A stretch of DNA of 64,000 nt from Octopus sinensis (taxonomy: Eukaryota), in contig NC_043001.1 in NCBI RefSeq assembly GCF_006345805.1, positions 49,910,001 through 49,974,000 of the forward strand. The letters run 5' to 3'. A program made the translations under genes and the position numbers. Below are positions 50,801 through 63,990 of the stretch, in pieces (within the stretch, counting starts at the first letter, position 1; each line of letters opens with the position of its first letter). Under the pieces are notes generated by a model that was given only the letters and a program-made list of their open reading frames with translations, had not been told where the DNA came from and searched no databases.

Positions 50801-52102
50801 ACTGTCATATATTTCTTTCATTTTATTATAAATAATAAGTGAAAGTGACAAATACATTAATTTTCAGTATGCTACACACCTGAATTCACTTTTGCCTCAC
50901 CTGTTAATGAGTTGTTTTTGTTTTTATTAGATGCATTCTGTTACGTAAATGTATCCATTAAATTGTATAAGAGTACATAGCCAATGGTATATTGACTAGT
51001 AAGAGTTTTGTACTTTATTTTCAATGAAAATGTTTGAATGAAACAGAGACAGAATAAAATCTTGTACCAATTATACTTGTATTTTAATTAATTCAAATTA
51101 ATGTGTCTTATCTTGAACCCACTGACAAAATTTCAAATCTGTATGTAAAATATTAACTAAGTTACAAGCAAATATTGTGGACACCCTTCTTGAACCTGAA
51201 TAATTCAAAATAACGTGAACAAATTAGCATCACATTTGACAGATTAATCTGAACACTAAAGGGTCAAAAAGCTGGTTTCTACATTCTTTCAGAATATATT
51301 CCCCAAAACTTTTCTTCACAGGATTTACAAACAAGGCAACCAAGCAGTAGTTGATAAATACAAGGATGTACCCATTAGGGCAGGCCTGAATACTATATTT
51401 GGGAAATACTATAGCTTTGTGATTGCTTGCCAAATCAGGTTGGATCTGTGAAAAGCTCAGTTACCATACATCACCATGTGGAATCCAGATAGGAGTCTTA
51501 GTGGCAGGGAGTCAACACACATGCCTACACACATACACTGTAGATTATTTCAAAAATACAAATGAAGTAAAAGAGGTTTCAATTTTATGCAAGAGCTTTT
51601 TGATAATATCTATGACTCTGCAGAAAATATATATTGCCTGTTTAAATGCTAAAGAGTTAATAATGAAGTCATTTTTAATGAACCACTCAAATTTGTTAAT
51701 TATTTTGAAATTAAATGGAAGTGTATTCCATAAAAAATATAGTCGCAAAATATTTAAGAGTCTGACTCAATTGTTGCAAGACTTCAGGGTCCATAATCCA
51801 CTGTCTCAATATCTTATCTACATCAGCCATTTAATCTCTTGTTAGCTTACGGAGAAGGGGCAGTATTCATAGAGTTTTAAACCTTAGAAAGTCAGGGACT
51901 TCTGGGGTTTGCATGATTACTGACAGTTTGAAGTGTGTGAGCTTAGTAATTAGTGAGGAAATAAGAGTAGGTAGTTAACTGTAGAGAAATATAGAAGTTG
52001 AAAGTAAGAAAAAATAAGGAAAGAGAAGGTACACAGCCAAGAATTTTAGGGGAAAGTAGCAGGTACTTATAGAAGTATGTAATAGAAATGGAAATAGCTT
52101 AC

Positions 52103-52145
52103 CTTTAGATTCTACGAAGGGCAAAAGCAAAAGTAAAAACAGCAT
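52103..52145 (-). CDS. First coding exon: signal peptide MLFLLLLLPFVESK(G|), probably of the IgSF gene
   Basis: Exon 52215-52103 is bounded by ttttatttcatttcag| and AAG|gtaagc. ATG at 52145 has A at -3. It encodes a hydrophobic core and a V-E-S cleavage motif, and ends in phase 1; joined to the 420 exon it gives GAT (Asp) and a continuous frame. Linkage to the Ig exon is inferred. Confidence 0.75.
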
Positions 52146-52215
52146 TATTCACATGTAACCCAAGGGAAAACAAACAGCCCCAGATTCGCAGAAATGTTCT
52201 GCTCTTCACTGTAAT
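52146..52215 (-). other. 5' UTR part of the signal-peptide exon
   Basis: All three frames read from the acceptor at 52216 hit a stop (the ATG frame before 52145, the other two by the end of the exon), so this part is non-coding and a further untranslated exon should lie upstream (not located). Confidence 0.6.
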
Positions 52216-52844
52216 CTGAAATGAAATAAAACAAGTATAAGAAATTTTGTTTTTTTACAAAGTTTGTCTTTTTATTGTAAAATCAACAGAGAATGTTTTT
52301 AATTCTCAAACATGTACAACCGAGTTTACAAATATAACATCATCCCTAGTGGATCTGTAGACTTAGTTGATAGTTTTGATTCCTTCATCTGATATATTCA
52401 GGTCTGGGTTTGGGTAATTGTAATGACAACTAGAGAATCAAAGGGACAGAAAAAGTTTAGAAAGGTTTTTTTTTTTTAACTCTTTTTGTGAAGGGATAGT
52501 AGTCAAGTATGTTTATGTGTGATATGATGTAGAAGTAGGATAGCAGTGGCTGTGGAAGGTCTGTAGAGGCTGGAGAAAAAGTTGGTGAATATAACCTTTT
52601 AGCTGTATCATGATAACCTCTATGGAAAAAATGGAGTTCAGGTGAGATGCGAGATTTGCTAGGTACTAAAGGTGTCAATGGTATATGAAGAAGAGGTAAC
52701 TGTGCTGACACCTACATGTAATGAGCAGAAAGTGCTGTAACGTTCTTCATGGAAAATAGCTAAAGAAGGAGACAAAGACATGAAACAGTGATGAAATCAG
52801 CTCAGTATGTTGGGCTTTACGGAAAAAAATGAAAGACTTGTGTT

Positions 52845-53073
52845 AAATATCCTAAATGGCAGATTCAGTGAAGCTTAAGCATTGTTTTTTTATTGGTGAA
52901 ATTTCAAAATAAAAAAAAAACCTCAAGATTAAAAAAAAGCAATTGCAACATTAAATGTAAAATATCCTAAATGGCAGATTCAGTGAAGCTTAAGCATTGT
53001 TTTTTTATTGGTGAAATTTCAAAATAAAAAAAAAACCTCAAGATAAAAAAAAAGCAATTGCAACATTAAATGT
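52845..53073. repeat. Near-perfect tandem duplication, period 115 bp
   Basis: 52845-52958 and 52960-53073 differ at only about one position. Confidence 0.9.
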
Positions 53074-55338
53074 ACTTCTGGGTTCAATCACTGTGTAGGG
53101 TAGTCAACTATTTACATTCTCACTCACTGTTACCACAAGCAAAGACTTGAAATAATCACAGCTAAATACTATATAAAAGCACACAACATTGCCATCTGGT
53201 AACTGATTTACTTGACGCACATCAAACACCAGATGACATCATAAATATTCATGACCTACCCACTGCCACAACCACCACCATCATCATCAACATTTTACAT
53301 CAATATCAAGAGTATTAAATCCATCAATCAGTAAGTAATGTTTATAGAGCTATCCATTCGGTAATTATTTAAGAATTACAAATTAATTACAAGGTAATGA
53401 AGCTAATTATTAAAAATTAAGAGCGGGGGAATGGTTACAGAAGAAACAACTTGTTTGTCAACTTGAAGTGAGCCTGCCAAGCCATTGTAATAAAAGGTGT
53501 ACTACTTTGAAGATTCCATCTTCACAGAGGATAAATCAACATAGCAGGATCCATCTACATATTTGAAGATGCACCCAAAAGAAAAGTTCATCTCAGCACT
53601 GCAAACTAGTGAAACACTTGTTAATCTTACAGTGGGTGGGTCTGCTGCTTAGACTGGTAAACTGTACATATTCAATACACTGATAGTTGATAGTACTTTA
53701 TCTTGTAATTCCAAAATTTTTTTCAGGTGAGTGAAGCCTTATTCTCTAAGTCTGCGGTTATGTCACTAATTCATGAGCTTTGTATCTCCAATAAAGGTTT
53801 AACCCTTTGGCATTTAAACTAGCCATATCAGGCCCTAATACTCTACTTGTGCATTCAAATAAATGCCCTGATGCAATACTAGGCAGTGGATTCTAAGGCT
53901 TCTGATCTTGATTGGAAGTGTTAACATATTTTGTTTTGGTATAAAAGATGGATTACAGCAAATATTCTGCTCAATACCAGAGATTTGTGTATCTCTGATC
54001 ATGAGCAGGTGTAGTTGAGAGGAGTATCACAGCCATGTCTTGAGAGGGATTCTTCTGGGATTGAATAGTTCACCCCTGGAAACATGGGTGTTTCATCAAC
54101 CTTAACTCTTAGACAGGGACCTTTTGAGAGAGATGGGCTACTCAACCTGAAGAAAATTCTAACTAACCCTAACCCTAATTATTTTTTTCTTTAAATGTCA
54201 CTAACTCCATTTTCTTCTAGTGTTTACTTGCACACATATGGTTATGATGCATGTGATTGGTGTACCCTTATCAAACAGATAATTATGACAGGTATATTTG
54301 TATATTTGGGCTTCTTATATTAGTAGCCCAGTGTCACTTTGATAGTGTGTGCAGCTCTCTAACTCAATAATAATAACGCTTCCTACTACAGGCACAGGGC
54401 CTGAAACTTTAAGAGAGGGGGCTAGCCAATTACATTGATCCTAATTCTTGACTAGTTCTTATTTTATCAATCCCGAAATGATGAAAGGCAAAGTCAACCA
54501 TGACAGAATTTGAACTCAGAACATAAAGTGGACCAAATGCCACTAAAGATTTTTGTCTCGTGTGTTGCTGATTCTGCCAGCTTCCTACCTTTAAAAATAT
54601 ATATATGTGATTATGATGATGATGCCAGATAATTTTTAATGTCTATGTCCATCATAATTGATATTCTCTGTTGTTTTTGGCACAGGAAGTGTAACTTATA
54701 ACTAAAGCTTAATGTGAATTGTTAATAGTGTAGTGGTAAAAAGATTTTAGTGTTGAATTGCTAATTAGAAGCACATATCATATTAGATAAGGTCAGTGAT
54801 GAAGGCCAGTACTAAGTTGTCTCATTAGCTAATTATTTACCTCCTCAGTAAATTGCTTAGTGTTTTTATATTGGGATTGGGCACGTGTACATGTGTGTAT
54901 ACATACATACATACATACATCTTGGTTGAAGCCACATGCTGTTACTTCAGTTTCATGTTTATATGATCATTCAAGCGGCCACATTTGCAGCCGTCTGAAT
55001 CATCATGTAAATATAAGGCCTAACAGCATATGGCTTCAGCCAAATAAATATAATTATAATTTACACTATGTAGCGGGTAATCTTACTTGTTATAAAAATG
55101 TGAGTGTGTATGAGTGTATGAGTTTATGTGCATGTGTTACTGCATTTAGTAGCACTTAATTTAAAAATTGATTAAATATACATGCCAAATATATTTTTAA
55201 TAAAATACTTTGGTCACATGAGTATGTTTGTGAGTGCTTTCACACCCATATAGATATTTTGTTCTCATGTGTTATGGCTTATTTCAATCTTTGTCAGCTC
55301 CAAACCAAAGAGCTATGTTTTGCTAATTTATTTTCTTT

Positions 55339-55369
<31 letters not shown>

Positions 55370-55859
55370 AAGAGAGAGAGAGAGAGAGAGAAAGCCAGTT
55401 AGGAGACAAATTTGTATAAAACTACAACCTAACACTTGTCATCTCTGGCTATTTTCTCTCTGTTCATATAGGTCATACCATGTTGTTTACCTTCAAGTAC
55501 AACCAAACTGATGAAATCTGTGATCAAAAACGTGGTGGTTTCCACCAACCAAATCTACTCAGAACCATTGGTCAGGCAATGGTTACTGCAGAAAACACCC
55601 AAGATGCCACACAATGGAACTGAACACTAAATCCATGTGGTTGAGAGTGAATTTGTCAACTGCACAGACATGCTTTGGGTTTTTGAGCACCTGATGGAGC
55701 CATAGTGCTGTCATGGATGTAGCTTACTTTGAGTACTTTAACTCTTTAAACATTTAAATCAGTCATATCCGGCCCAAATATTCTACCTGTTTTAATGCAC
55801 AAACTGGTCAGGTCTGGCTTCTCACAACAACCTTACAATATAATTCTAAGAAGTATGCT

Positions 55860-56370
55860 GTGTGTGAGAAGACCCAGCAGGACAAGTGAGACCATAACCC
55901 GTGGCCTCTACCTCGGATGTAGCCAGTCCACTTATGCATACCTTTCCTTCTTGGGACACAAAACTATACTTATGAAGACCTGTTGAGGCAAGTGAAAATC
56001 AAAATCAAAATCAAAATCGATCAACATCAATGGAAATTGCAGCTGTGATACCAGTGCCGGTGGTACGTAAGAGAACCATCCAAACGTAGCCGTTGCCAGC
56101 GCCGCCCTGACTGGCCTCGTGTCGGTGGCACGTAAAAAGCACCACCCGATCATGGCCGTTCGCCAGCCTCGTCTGGCACCTGTGCCGGTGGCACGTAAAA
56201 GCACCCACTACACTCACAGAGTGGTTGGCGTTAGGAAGGGCATCCAGCCGTAAAAACATTGCCAGATCAGACTGGGCCTGGTGCAGCCTTCTGGCTTCCC
56301 AGACCCCAGTCGAACTGTCCAACCCATGCTAGCATGGAAAGCAGACGCTAAACGATGATGATGATGATGA
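55860..56370 (+). mobile_element. Truncated RTE 3' end nested inside a piggyBac-type MITE
   Basis: Reverse complement of the 22808-23400 UTR ending in (GAT)n. MITE halves lie at 55738-55850 and 56370-56476. Confidence 0.85.
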
Positions 56371-56756
56371 ATTGACAGTTACCTCATCAAAATCTCAAAG
56401 ATACAGAATACTGCATGACTAATTCAAAACAATGTGAATAGATAACCATTATATTTGACAAATAATGTGAATGCTAAAAGGTTAAACTGGTTTATCCGGG
56501 TCTGATCATAAGTTGTAGCACAGCTGATTTCTTTAAGCATGGAAAACAGAAAAATAAGGAAAGGAGAGATAGAGAACAAGCAATCCCAATACAGGAGTGG
56601 TGCTTTATCATCTACCATCACCACCACCACCAAGGGATTACAGATTAAGTAGACCTCAGTGGTATTTGAACTAAGAGCGCTGAGAATTGGAATGAATACT
56701 GTAAAGCAGTCTGTCTGACATTCTAAGGACTCTACCAATTCATGCACATGCACACA

Positions 56757-56790
<34 letters not shown>

Positions 56791-57309
56791 TTTAAGTGAC
56801 TGCCGCCCTCTCTTACAATGCTGTTGTGTCCTTGTATTACATGTAAGGAATAATTATCATATTCCAGTGTGAACATTGTTTCAGGCATTTCCCTGTTGTA
56901 CTGCTCAAACATATGGAAAATATACAACACAATCAGAGTTACATGGACAGAATGCACCAGAAGAAAAGACATTTTTGTCACTTCTCTTTTTTAATTTATT
57001 TTTATTTCATTTATTATTTTTTATTTTATCATTGCTGTTGAAGCTATTGATTTGATAAACAGGCAAGACAGCGCATTAGCAGAAAGACAAGGGGGTTGGT
57101 TGGTTGAAGGTAAATGTTGGAGGAAGAAGCAGGAGATAGAGAGGAGAAGCAAAAGACTAACATGTTTACCATTTCTCTTGCTGATGTAAGAGAATAAGGA
57201 GGGGAAAAAAAAGCAAAGAAACAAGAAGAACAACAATAGTGTTTCTTCCAGCATATTGCAGTTGTCTTCTTTCTTTGGTGCTGTATACTATTAAGAATTA
57301 TTTCTGGCA

Positions 57310-57344
<35 letters not shown>

Positions 57345-58373
57345 GAATTATTATAACAACAACAACAACAAATCATCAGAAATAACAGAAGGCACTGCTG
57401 CTAGAACGTGACTGAATGCTCTTACTGTGCCACCCGCCTTCTTGTGGAATATCACGAATGTTCCATCATATGCTGAAGCCAAAGACTGAAGCCAAGAATA
57501 TTGTAAACAGAGGTGTTTACAGTCGAAGGATTGTAAATATTGAGGGTGGAGGTGGTGGCAGTGAAACAAAACACCAATCTATGTGAGAGCAGCAGGAAGG
57601 GAGATGAGGTGGAGTCCAATAGTTTACCATTGGTGCTGTGTAATTGACTTTTTCTTTTTTAATGATTTATCTATTTATTTATTTTTCATTTTATTCACTA
57701 TGCAAACAAAACCCAAGTGAGAAGAAGAGAAACTTCCGTATAATGCTTGTGGTACAATAAATATTCTTAATCTGTTTCATCTAGGTAATAACTGAGAGAA
57801 AAGAGACTTAAGCAACCATCAAAAGAAAGTAAAACCAATTTCTAATGTACTTTTAGTGACTTTTACCTACTAATAATTCATATACTTGTTCCTATTACAG
57901 ATCAAAAGCTAAGAAGAAACAGGCATTATACAATGATTATGATGATGATACCATTTTTGACAACATTAGTAGGAACCAATTGCTATCATCTTTCCACGGG
58001 TTAGCTGGTCATGGCAACTCCCTCATAATCAGATTCCCTTCCAGTTGCAGTTAAATCCCAAGAATAATTTTATTGCTAAAAACAAGAAGTTGAAAACCAT
58101 TGCATCAAAACCCATCACACCTACATATAAGACTAACAACACCCACTCACATGTAGGCCTATGCTTAGATCTACTGCACTTACATATAAGCTTTATACTT
58201 TAGAGTCTTCCAATACCTACACAAGCCAATATGCAGTATGTCAAACAATTCAGGAAATGGATACTCCTTCACAAGAGAGACATGGGCAGTTTATACTTTT
58301 GGCTGTTATAGAGTGTAGCAAAAGCTAGAATCATCATATGCCTAATAATTCTAACACAAACATCACTAATCAG

Positions 58374-58745
58374 GCATAGGAGTGGCTGTATGGTAAGTAG
58401 CTTGCTTACAAACTACATGGTTCCAGGTTCAGTTCCACTGTGTGACACCTTGGGCAAGTGTCTTCTACTATATCCTCGGGCCAACAAAAGCCTTGGAGTG
58501 GATTTGGTAGTCGGAAACTGAAAGAAGCCCGTCGTATATATGTGTGTGTTTGTCCCCCCCCCCAACATCACTTGACAAGCGATGGTGGTGTGTTTACGTC
58601 CCCGTAACTTAGCGGTTTGCAAAAGAAACCGATAGAATAAGTACTAGGCTTCCAACAAACAAGTCCTGGGGTTGATTTGCTCGACTAAAGGTGGTGCTCC
58701 AGCATGGCAGCAGTCAAATGACTGAAACAAGTAAAAGAAAAAAGA
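58374..58745 (+). mobile_element. SINE family A
   Basis: Full-length copy. Confidence 0.9.
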
Positions 58746-58899
58746 AAAAATACATACACACACATACACATGTATATACATACATCTATATCATAGCTGC
58801 ACCCTTGTTACACAAGAAAAGTCATTGCCAAAAAGACTTACTGAAATGTTGAAATGATTCATTATTGAATCCATGTGATGCCCTTATATGGCTTAAGCA

Positions 58900-60935
58900 C
58901 AGCCAAAGTTTCACACATTTCATTACATACTGCACAGCTGGCAAGAGAAACAGGTGCCACCGTATGCACTCTCTTAACATATCTTTTCAGACAACCAGCT
59001 GAGAGGCACAGGCTTCCACATTTTACACATGTTCTGTTGTGAATTGAAATAGCCACCTCACTGCTTATCATAGGTGGATTCCTGTGAAATTTTTGATGGC
59101 TGAACAGGCCTGCATGACTCAAACACTTCCTCCCACAAACCACACACACAAAAAGCAACACTCCCTCACTCTCCACAGGCTCCCTCTTTCTAAGACCCCT
59201 CCTAATTCTCTCGTACTTTACATTCTCCCTCTCAATCCCCAAACAACCACTATACACTGTCTTTCTCTATCCATCCTAGTCTTGTGTCTCTCGCTCCCAA
59301 TCACCAACTGCAATTCCTGTCTGTATTAGAGCATTTTTAAGGCAATCCCTAAACCTCAGTTTAGGCTTATGCACTAGTTTCCTGCCATCTTCCAGCTCAC
59401 CATACAATAGCTGCTTGGATAGTCTCTTATCACTCATCCTTAACAGATCCCCCCACCCAACTCACCTCAAACGTCTTAGGCAGTAGAAGTATAGAGTCCA
59501 TGATTCTGCACTCCTCTCAAGCGCCTCCACATTACTAAAGGCCATTTTCCAGTTTATCCCCCAAAGTTTTGATGGTATCGTTCCAGTTGCCTTACATGCC
59601 TATAGTAAATACACCATGCCTCACTCCCATATAGTAAAGATGGTAGGATGCAAGTGTTATATATCTTAACTTTAATTTGTGAAGATATGTCGTTTCGAGA
59701 CGCCTATCAAGCCTACCAACAGCACTACTAACCCTGCTGATTCTATATGAAATTTCATCATCAAAACCAGTAGTGCTCAAGGTACTTACTAAATAAATAA
59801 ATTTAAACACTGTCTCCAACCTTTGACCATTCACAGTTATAAAAGATTCTAAATCTTGGCAGTAGCAGGCAGGTACATTATAACAGTTTTTTTTTTCCAG
59901 ATTGTTAGACCCAATGATGCACATGCTGCAGAAATTGCTTTCAGCATGTGCTGCATATCTTTTTGGGAAAGATCATCTGCATACAGAAACTCAATAAGGT
60001 GAGAATGCATAACTTTTGTTTTGGCACAGAGTCTTTTAAGATTGAACAGTTTTCCTGTTGTCCTTTATCTTATATAAACTCCTTCAGCGCAATCTTCAAA
60101 AGTTATTTGAAAGACTATATTGCAAAATACATAGCAAACAATGTGGGAGCACGAATATCACCTTGTTTTACACCATTTTCTACAGAAATTGGATCTGATA
60201 AGGTACCTCTAACATTAACTCTCACTTCCATCTTGTCATGAAACTATCTAAGCATTCTCAAAAATTTTTCAGGACATCCTAGTTTTTTCAGGATCTCCCA
60301 AAGTGCAACTCTATTGACAGAATCAAACGCTTTCAACAGATCAATAAAAACCTGCTATAAGTCTATCATATCCTGTTCAATGCACTTTTCTTGCAACTGT
60401 CTAGCTGAAAATATATCCATAGTACTCCTACTATCCCTAAACCCACATTGTGATTCTGCAATAAATAGAAGCAATCTGTCCAGCATTACCCTAGAAAGGA
60501 CCTTTCTAGCAACAGCTAACAGGCAGATGTTGCGATAATTATCACAGACATCCTTTCCACCTTTTGATTTATATAGTATCTCCATAGTCGTATCACGCCA
60601 ATCTGGAGGAACCTCTTCACTATGCCAAACTCTCTGAATCACAACTGTCAACATTGTACAGAGACGATCACTACCATATATATTTCTGCACCTAGTTCAT
60701 CAATAACAGGAGGCCTTTCTATTGTTCAATTTCCTAATTGCTGCTTTTATTTCAGCCAGGTTTGGAACCTCTGTTAAAAGAGGCTTTGTTGGTCTCTCAA
60801 GTATATTATCAAGAAAAGAGAGGTCAACTTTAATGGGTCTATTGAGCAACTCATCAAAATGCTCTTTCCATCTCCCAACAATATCTTTGGGATTTGTTAA
60901 TAATTCTGCACCAGGTCGCTCATCTTTTTTTTTTT
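58900..60935 (-). mobile_element. Degenerate RTE LINE of a second family, with C-terminal C2H2-like fingers
   Basis: Fragments PPDWRDTT..NYRNICLL..ESQCGFR..QLQEKCIEQ, FIYLVSTLS..DDEISYRI and CVVCGRKCLSHAGLFSHQKFH; many stops and frameshifts. Confidence 0.85.
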
Positions 60936-63599
60936 TTTTGTAGGATAAATAGATAAAAGGTGGATGGAGCTCCTTTGTTTACCCAAGCCATGGTGAAGGC
61001 AGTCTATCTAGGAGAGGGTAACTCTGAATTTAAATAATTCACTGTCTTGTAGTTAGCTTTGATTGAGCAAAGACTGGGAGAAGGACACTGATATAAAACT
61101 CACCCTCATCATACCTCCTGTCCCTCCCAACCCCCACCCACATACCCCTCATCCCCTCCCTCCCAGCCTTCCACTTCTACCACCACTTCATCCTACATGG
61201 ATATCCTATCAACACTATCTACACTAATTTATTGATGCCAACAAGATGAATGGTAAAGTCGACATCAGTGGGATTTGAACTCAGAATGCAGGGTGCTACA
61301 ATAAATACCATGAATCATTTTGACTGGCACTCTAACATCTGTGCCAAGTCACCACTTTGCAAAGTGAACTTAACTATACAGCTGTGCTCATGTGCGACAT
61401 TCAGGTTTTAATTATAATTTGTTGCCTATGACATTCATATGATATTTAAATTATAATTTGTAATGTATGTGTGTGCATGTAATATTTATATGATATTTCA
61501 GTTAGGATCTATGAGTGCAGTATTCAGTTCAATTATAATTTGTGCATACTTGATATTCGTATCATATTTTAATTATGGTGAGAGGGAGAGAGAGATTTAC
61601 ATGATATTTCAATGTAATTGAGTTTATTAGCAGTTTATATCATATTTCAATTATGATTTGTGTGATTAAGACATTCTTATGATATTCTGATTACGTTCAT
61701 GAGAGTAAGATACCCATGATATTTTGATATGTCTGTATGAAATATTTATGAGGACAACTGTCAGTAATTCTTTTACGAATCTTTCCAATCAGTTACTATG
61801 CTTGAGTAGTAGTTGTTTAGCCCCATATAATCCTTGGTTAAAGCAATCATTGTACAAAAGTATTCATTTCTCACTTTAACGTAATCAACAAGCAGAAACC
61901 ACCAGAAAACTTAATATAAGAAGGCAACAGGCTAAATCCATTGGACAGTAAATCCTTTGCCTGTTATGATATATGATACACATTCCCAATTTTTTGCAAC
62001 TACCAGAGTAACTTGGGACTTACAAAGGAAAAGCATCACATTATACAGAATGTATGAAACAAGGGTTAACAAAAAAAAAGCCTGAACATAAGCATAGACA
62101 TTTAGGACAAACTTATGAAAATGATTAGGACAGTCAAAGGTTTAAATAAGATAAAGCCTTGAACACTTATTGATCATTGGGAAACTGAAAGGAAGAAGCT
62201 GAAGAAGACCGAAGATACTTGATGGCCTTACCAACTGACTACAGCAAGGCCAACCTAGTAACATATTAAGTAATGCAAAAAGCAGTGGAGATCCAGGGTT
62301 ACTAGCACCTGTAGGCATTGCACATACAACTATATGATTTGAAGAATTAGTTGCAATAACTAGCTGATTCAACAGCAGGCTCCCTCTTTTGTTCATATTG
62401 GCTAGAGTTGTCTGCAGTTGTGAGCCCAAGAGCTTCCAAACTTTGCTATTGGGCCATGATGATGATAATGATACAAAATAAGATGGATCTTTGTGGTTTT
62501 CATCACTGTTTACAATTTTGTTCCAATTGTTTCAAATTTGGTATATGGATTAAGTTTTGTATACTAATTATGAAAAGGAAATTCATTTTACCTATAAATC
62601 CATAATTAAGAAGCTATTAGTCTTTAAAATTTGCAAAATTTGATTATTTTACACATCACTGTTTCTATAGTAACCAAAGATACTGTACATGTGCCCAAGG
62701 AGGAGAAGGAAATATGAGAAAGATCTTCTACAACAATAATACTCGTGATTTTCTCTGTTACAACATATGAATGAGAAAGGAAGGGGTGATAGATGAATAA
62801 GGAAGGAAAAGGTGATGGCAAACTGGTAGCGGGAGTGTTTCAACTGTGAGTGTATGTGTATGTAAAAGGGAGGTATGTGAATGTTTGTGTGTGTGTGTGT
62901 GCACGCATGCAATGAAAGTGGGATGGTGAACATTCAAAGCTGAAAAGTAAAAACAAACAGCATTTCAACTCTGTGTGAGTATATGTGTGTATGTGTGTGT
63001 ATATGTGTGCATGTGACGACACAGGGCTAGATGGTTTATTTTATAAAATCCTAGAGTGTATTGCACTCTGTTTCAAATATTTCATTTGCTCGCGAATGTT
63101 TTAATGTTAATTTCATCCGTGTATATTTTAATGTTTTGACTGTTATTTCTAGCAATGCTTTAACATGCCTATGCCCCACCCCCACCGCCCCTGATGATGG
63201 AAGAGGCAGCAAACATGCTGTTTTCTGATAGGCTGAAAATTCTGAAAATGATCAAAATTTTGAACAACTGTAATTTTTTTCTGGAATAAATGAGTAACAA
63301 ATTTGGATTCAGAGCCAAAAATTACATCTACATGATACATTAAAAGATATTTTTTTTTTTAAAGATAATTGTAAACAGTGACAAAAACCACAAAGAACAA
63401 GTAAGATGACTAGTGGTGATTTGGAAACAAACAAAATGTGTGACTGCCACAGAATTCCAAGATGGAATTTGATCACATATGTGTAATAATCACAATAATG
63501 GAAATAATCACAAGAGAATTTCACTTTTAAGGTACAGTTTTCTCTTTGTTCTTTTTTTCTGTACTGCTGTGGTTTGAATCCCCATGAATGTGACAATGT

Positions 63600-63990
63600 A
63601 GAAATAATCGTTCAACATAATTTATGTATTTAGGACATTAATTCAATATAATTTATGAACTTAAAATATTTACATGATATTTCAAAATAATTTATGCTTT
63701 TAAGATATTTATATGCTATTTCAATATAATTTATTTAGGATATTTACATTGCATATTTCAATATAATTTATGTGTATCTTGTGTTTGCATGATATTGCAA
63801 TATAATTTATGTGTACTGGATATTTTTACATTCCAACATTTATGAGTATTGGATAATTAAATGTTCTGATATAATTTATGCATATATTTACAATTTTTAA
63901 TATCATTTATGTGGTTTGAATATTTACATATTTGAGTATAATTTATGCAAATTGGATAAATAACATGTTTCAATATAATTTATGTATATT
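63600..63990. repeat. Degenerate AT-rich minisatellite (~35-40 bp unit); related array at 61400-61760
   Basis: Recurrent core atatttcaatataatttatg. Confidence 0.75.

Larger units (their letters stand above)
421..52102 (-). other. Inferred ~51.7 kb GT-AG intron of the IgSF gene
   Basis: GT at 52102-52101 and AG at 422-421. I found no other convincing in-frame phase 1-1 exon between them by manual reading. Confidence 0.6.

Noticed and set aside
53717-53732. Recursive-splice-like motif tttttttcag|gtgagt
   Set aside because: It is on the strand opposite the host gene, and no plus-strand transcript is supported.
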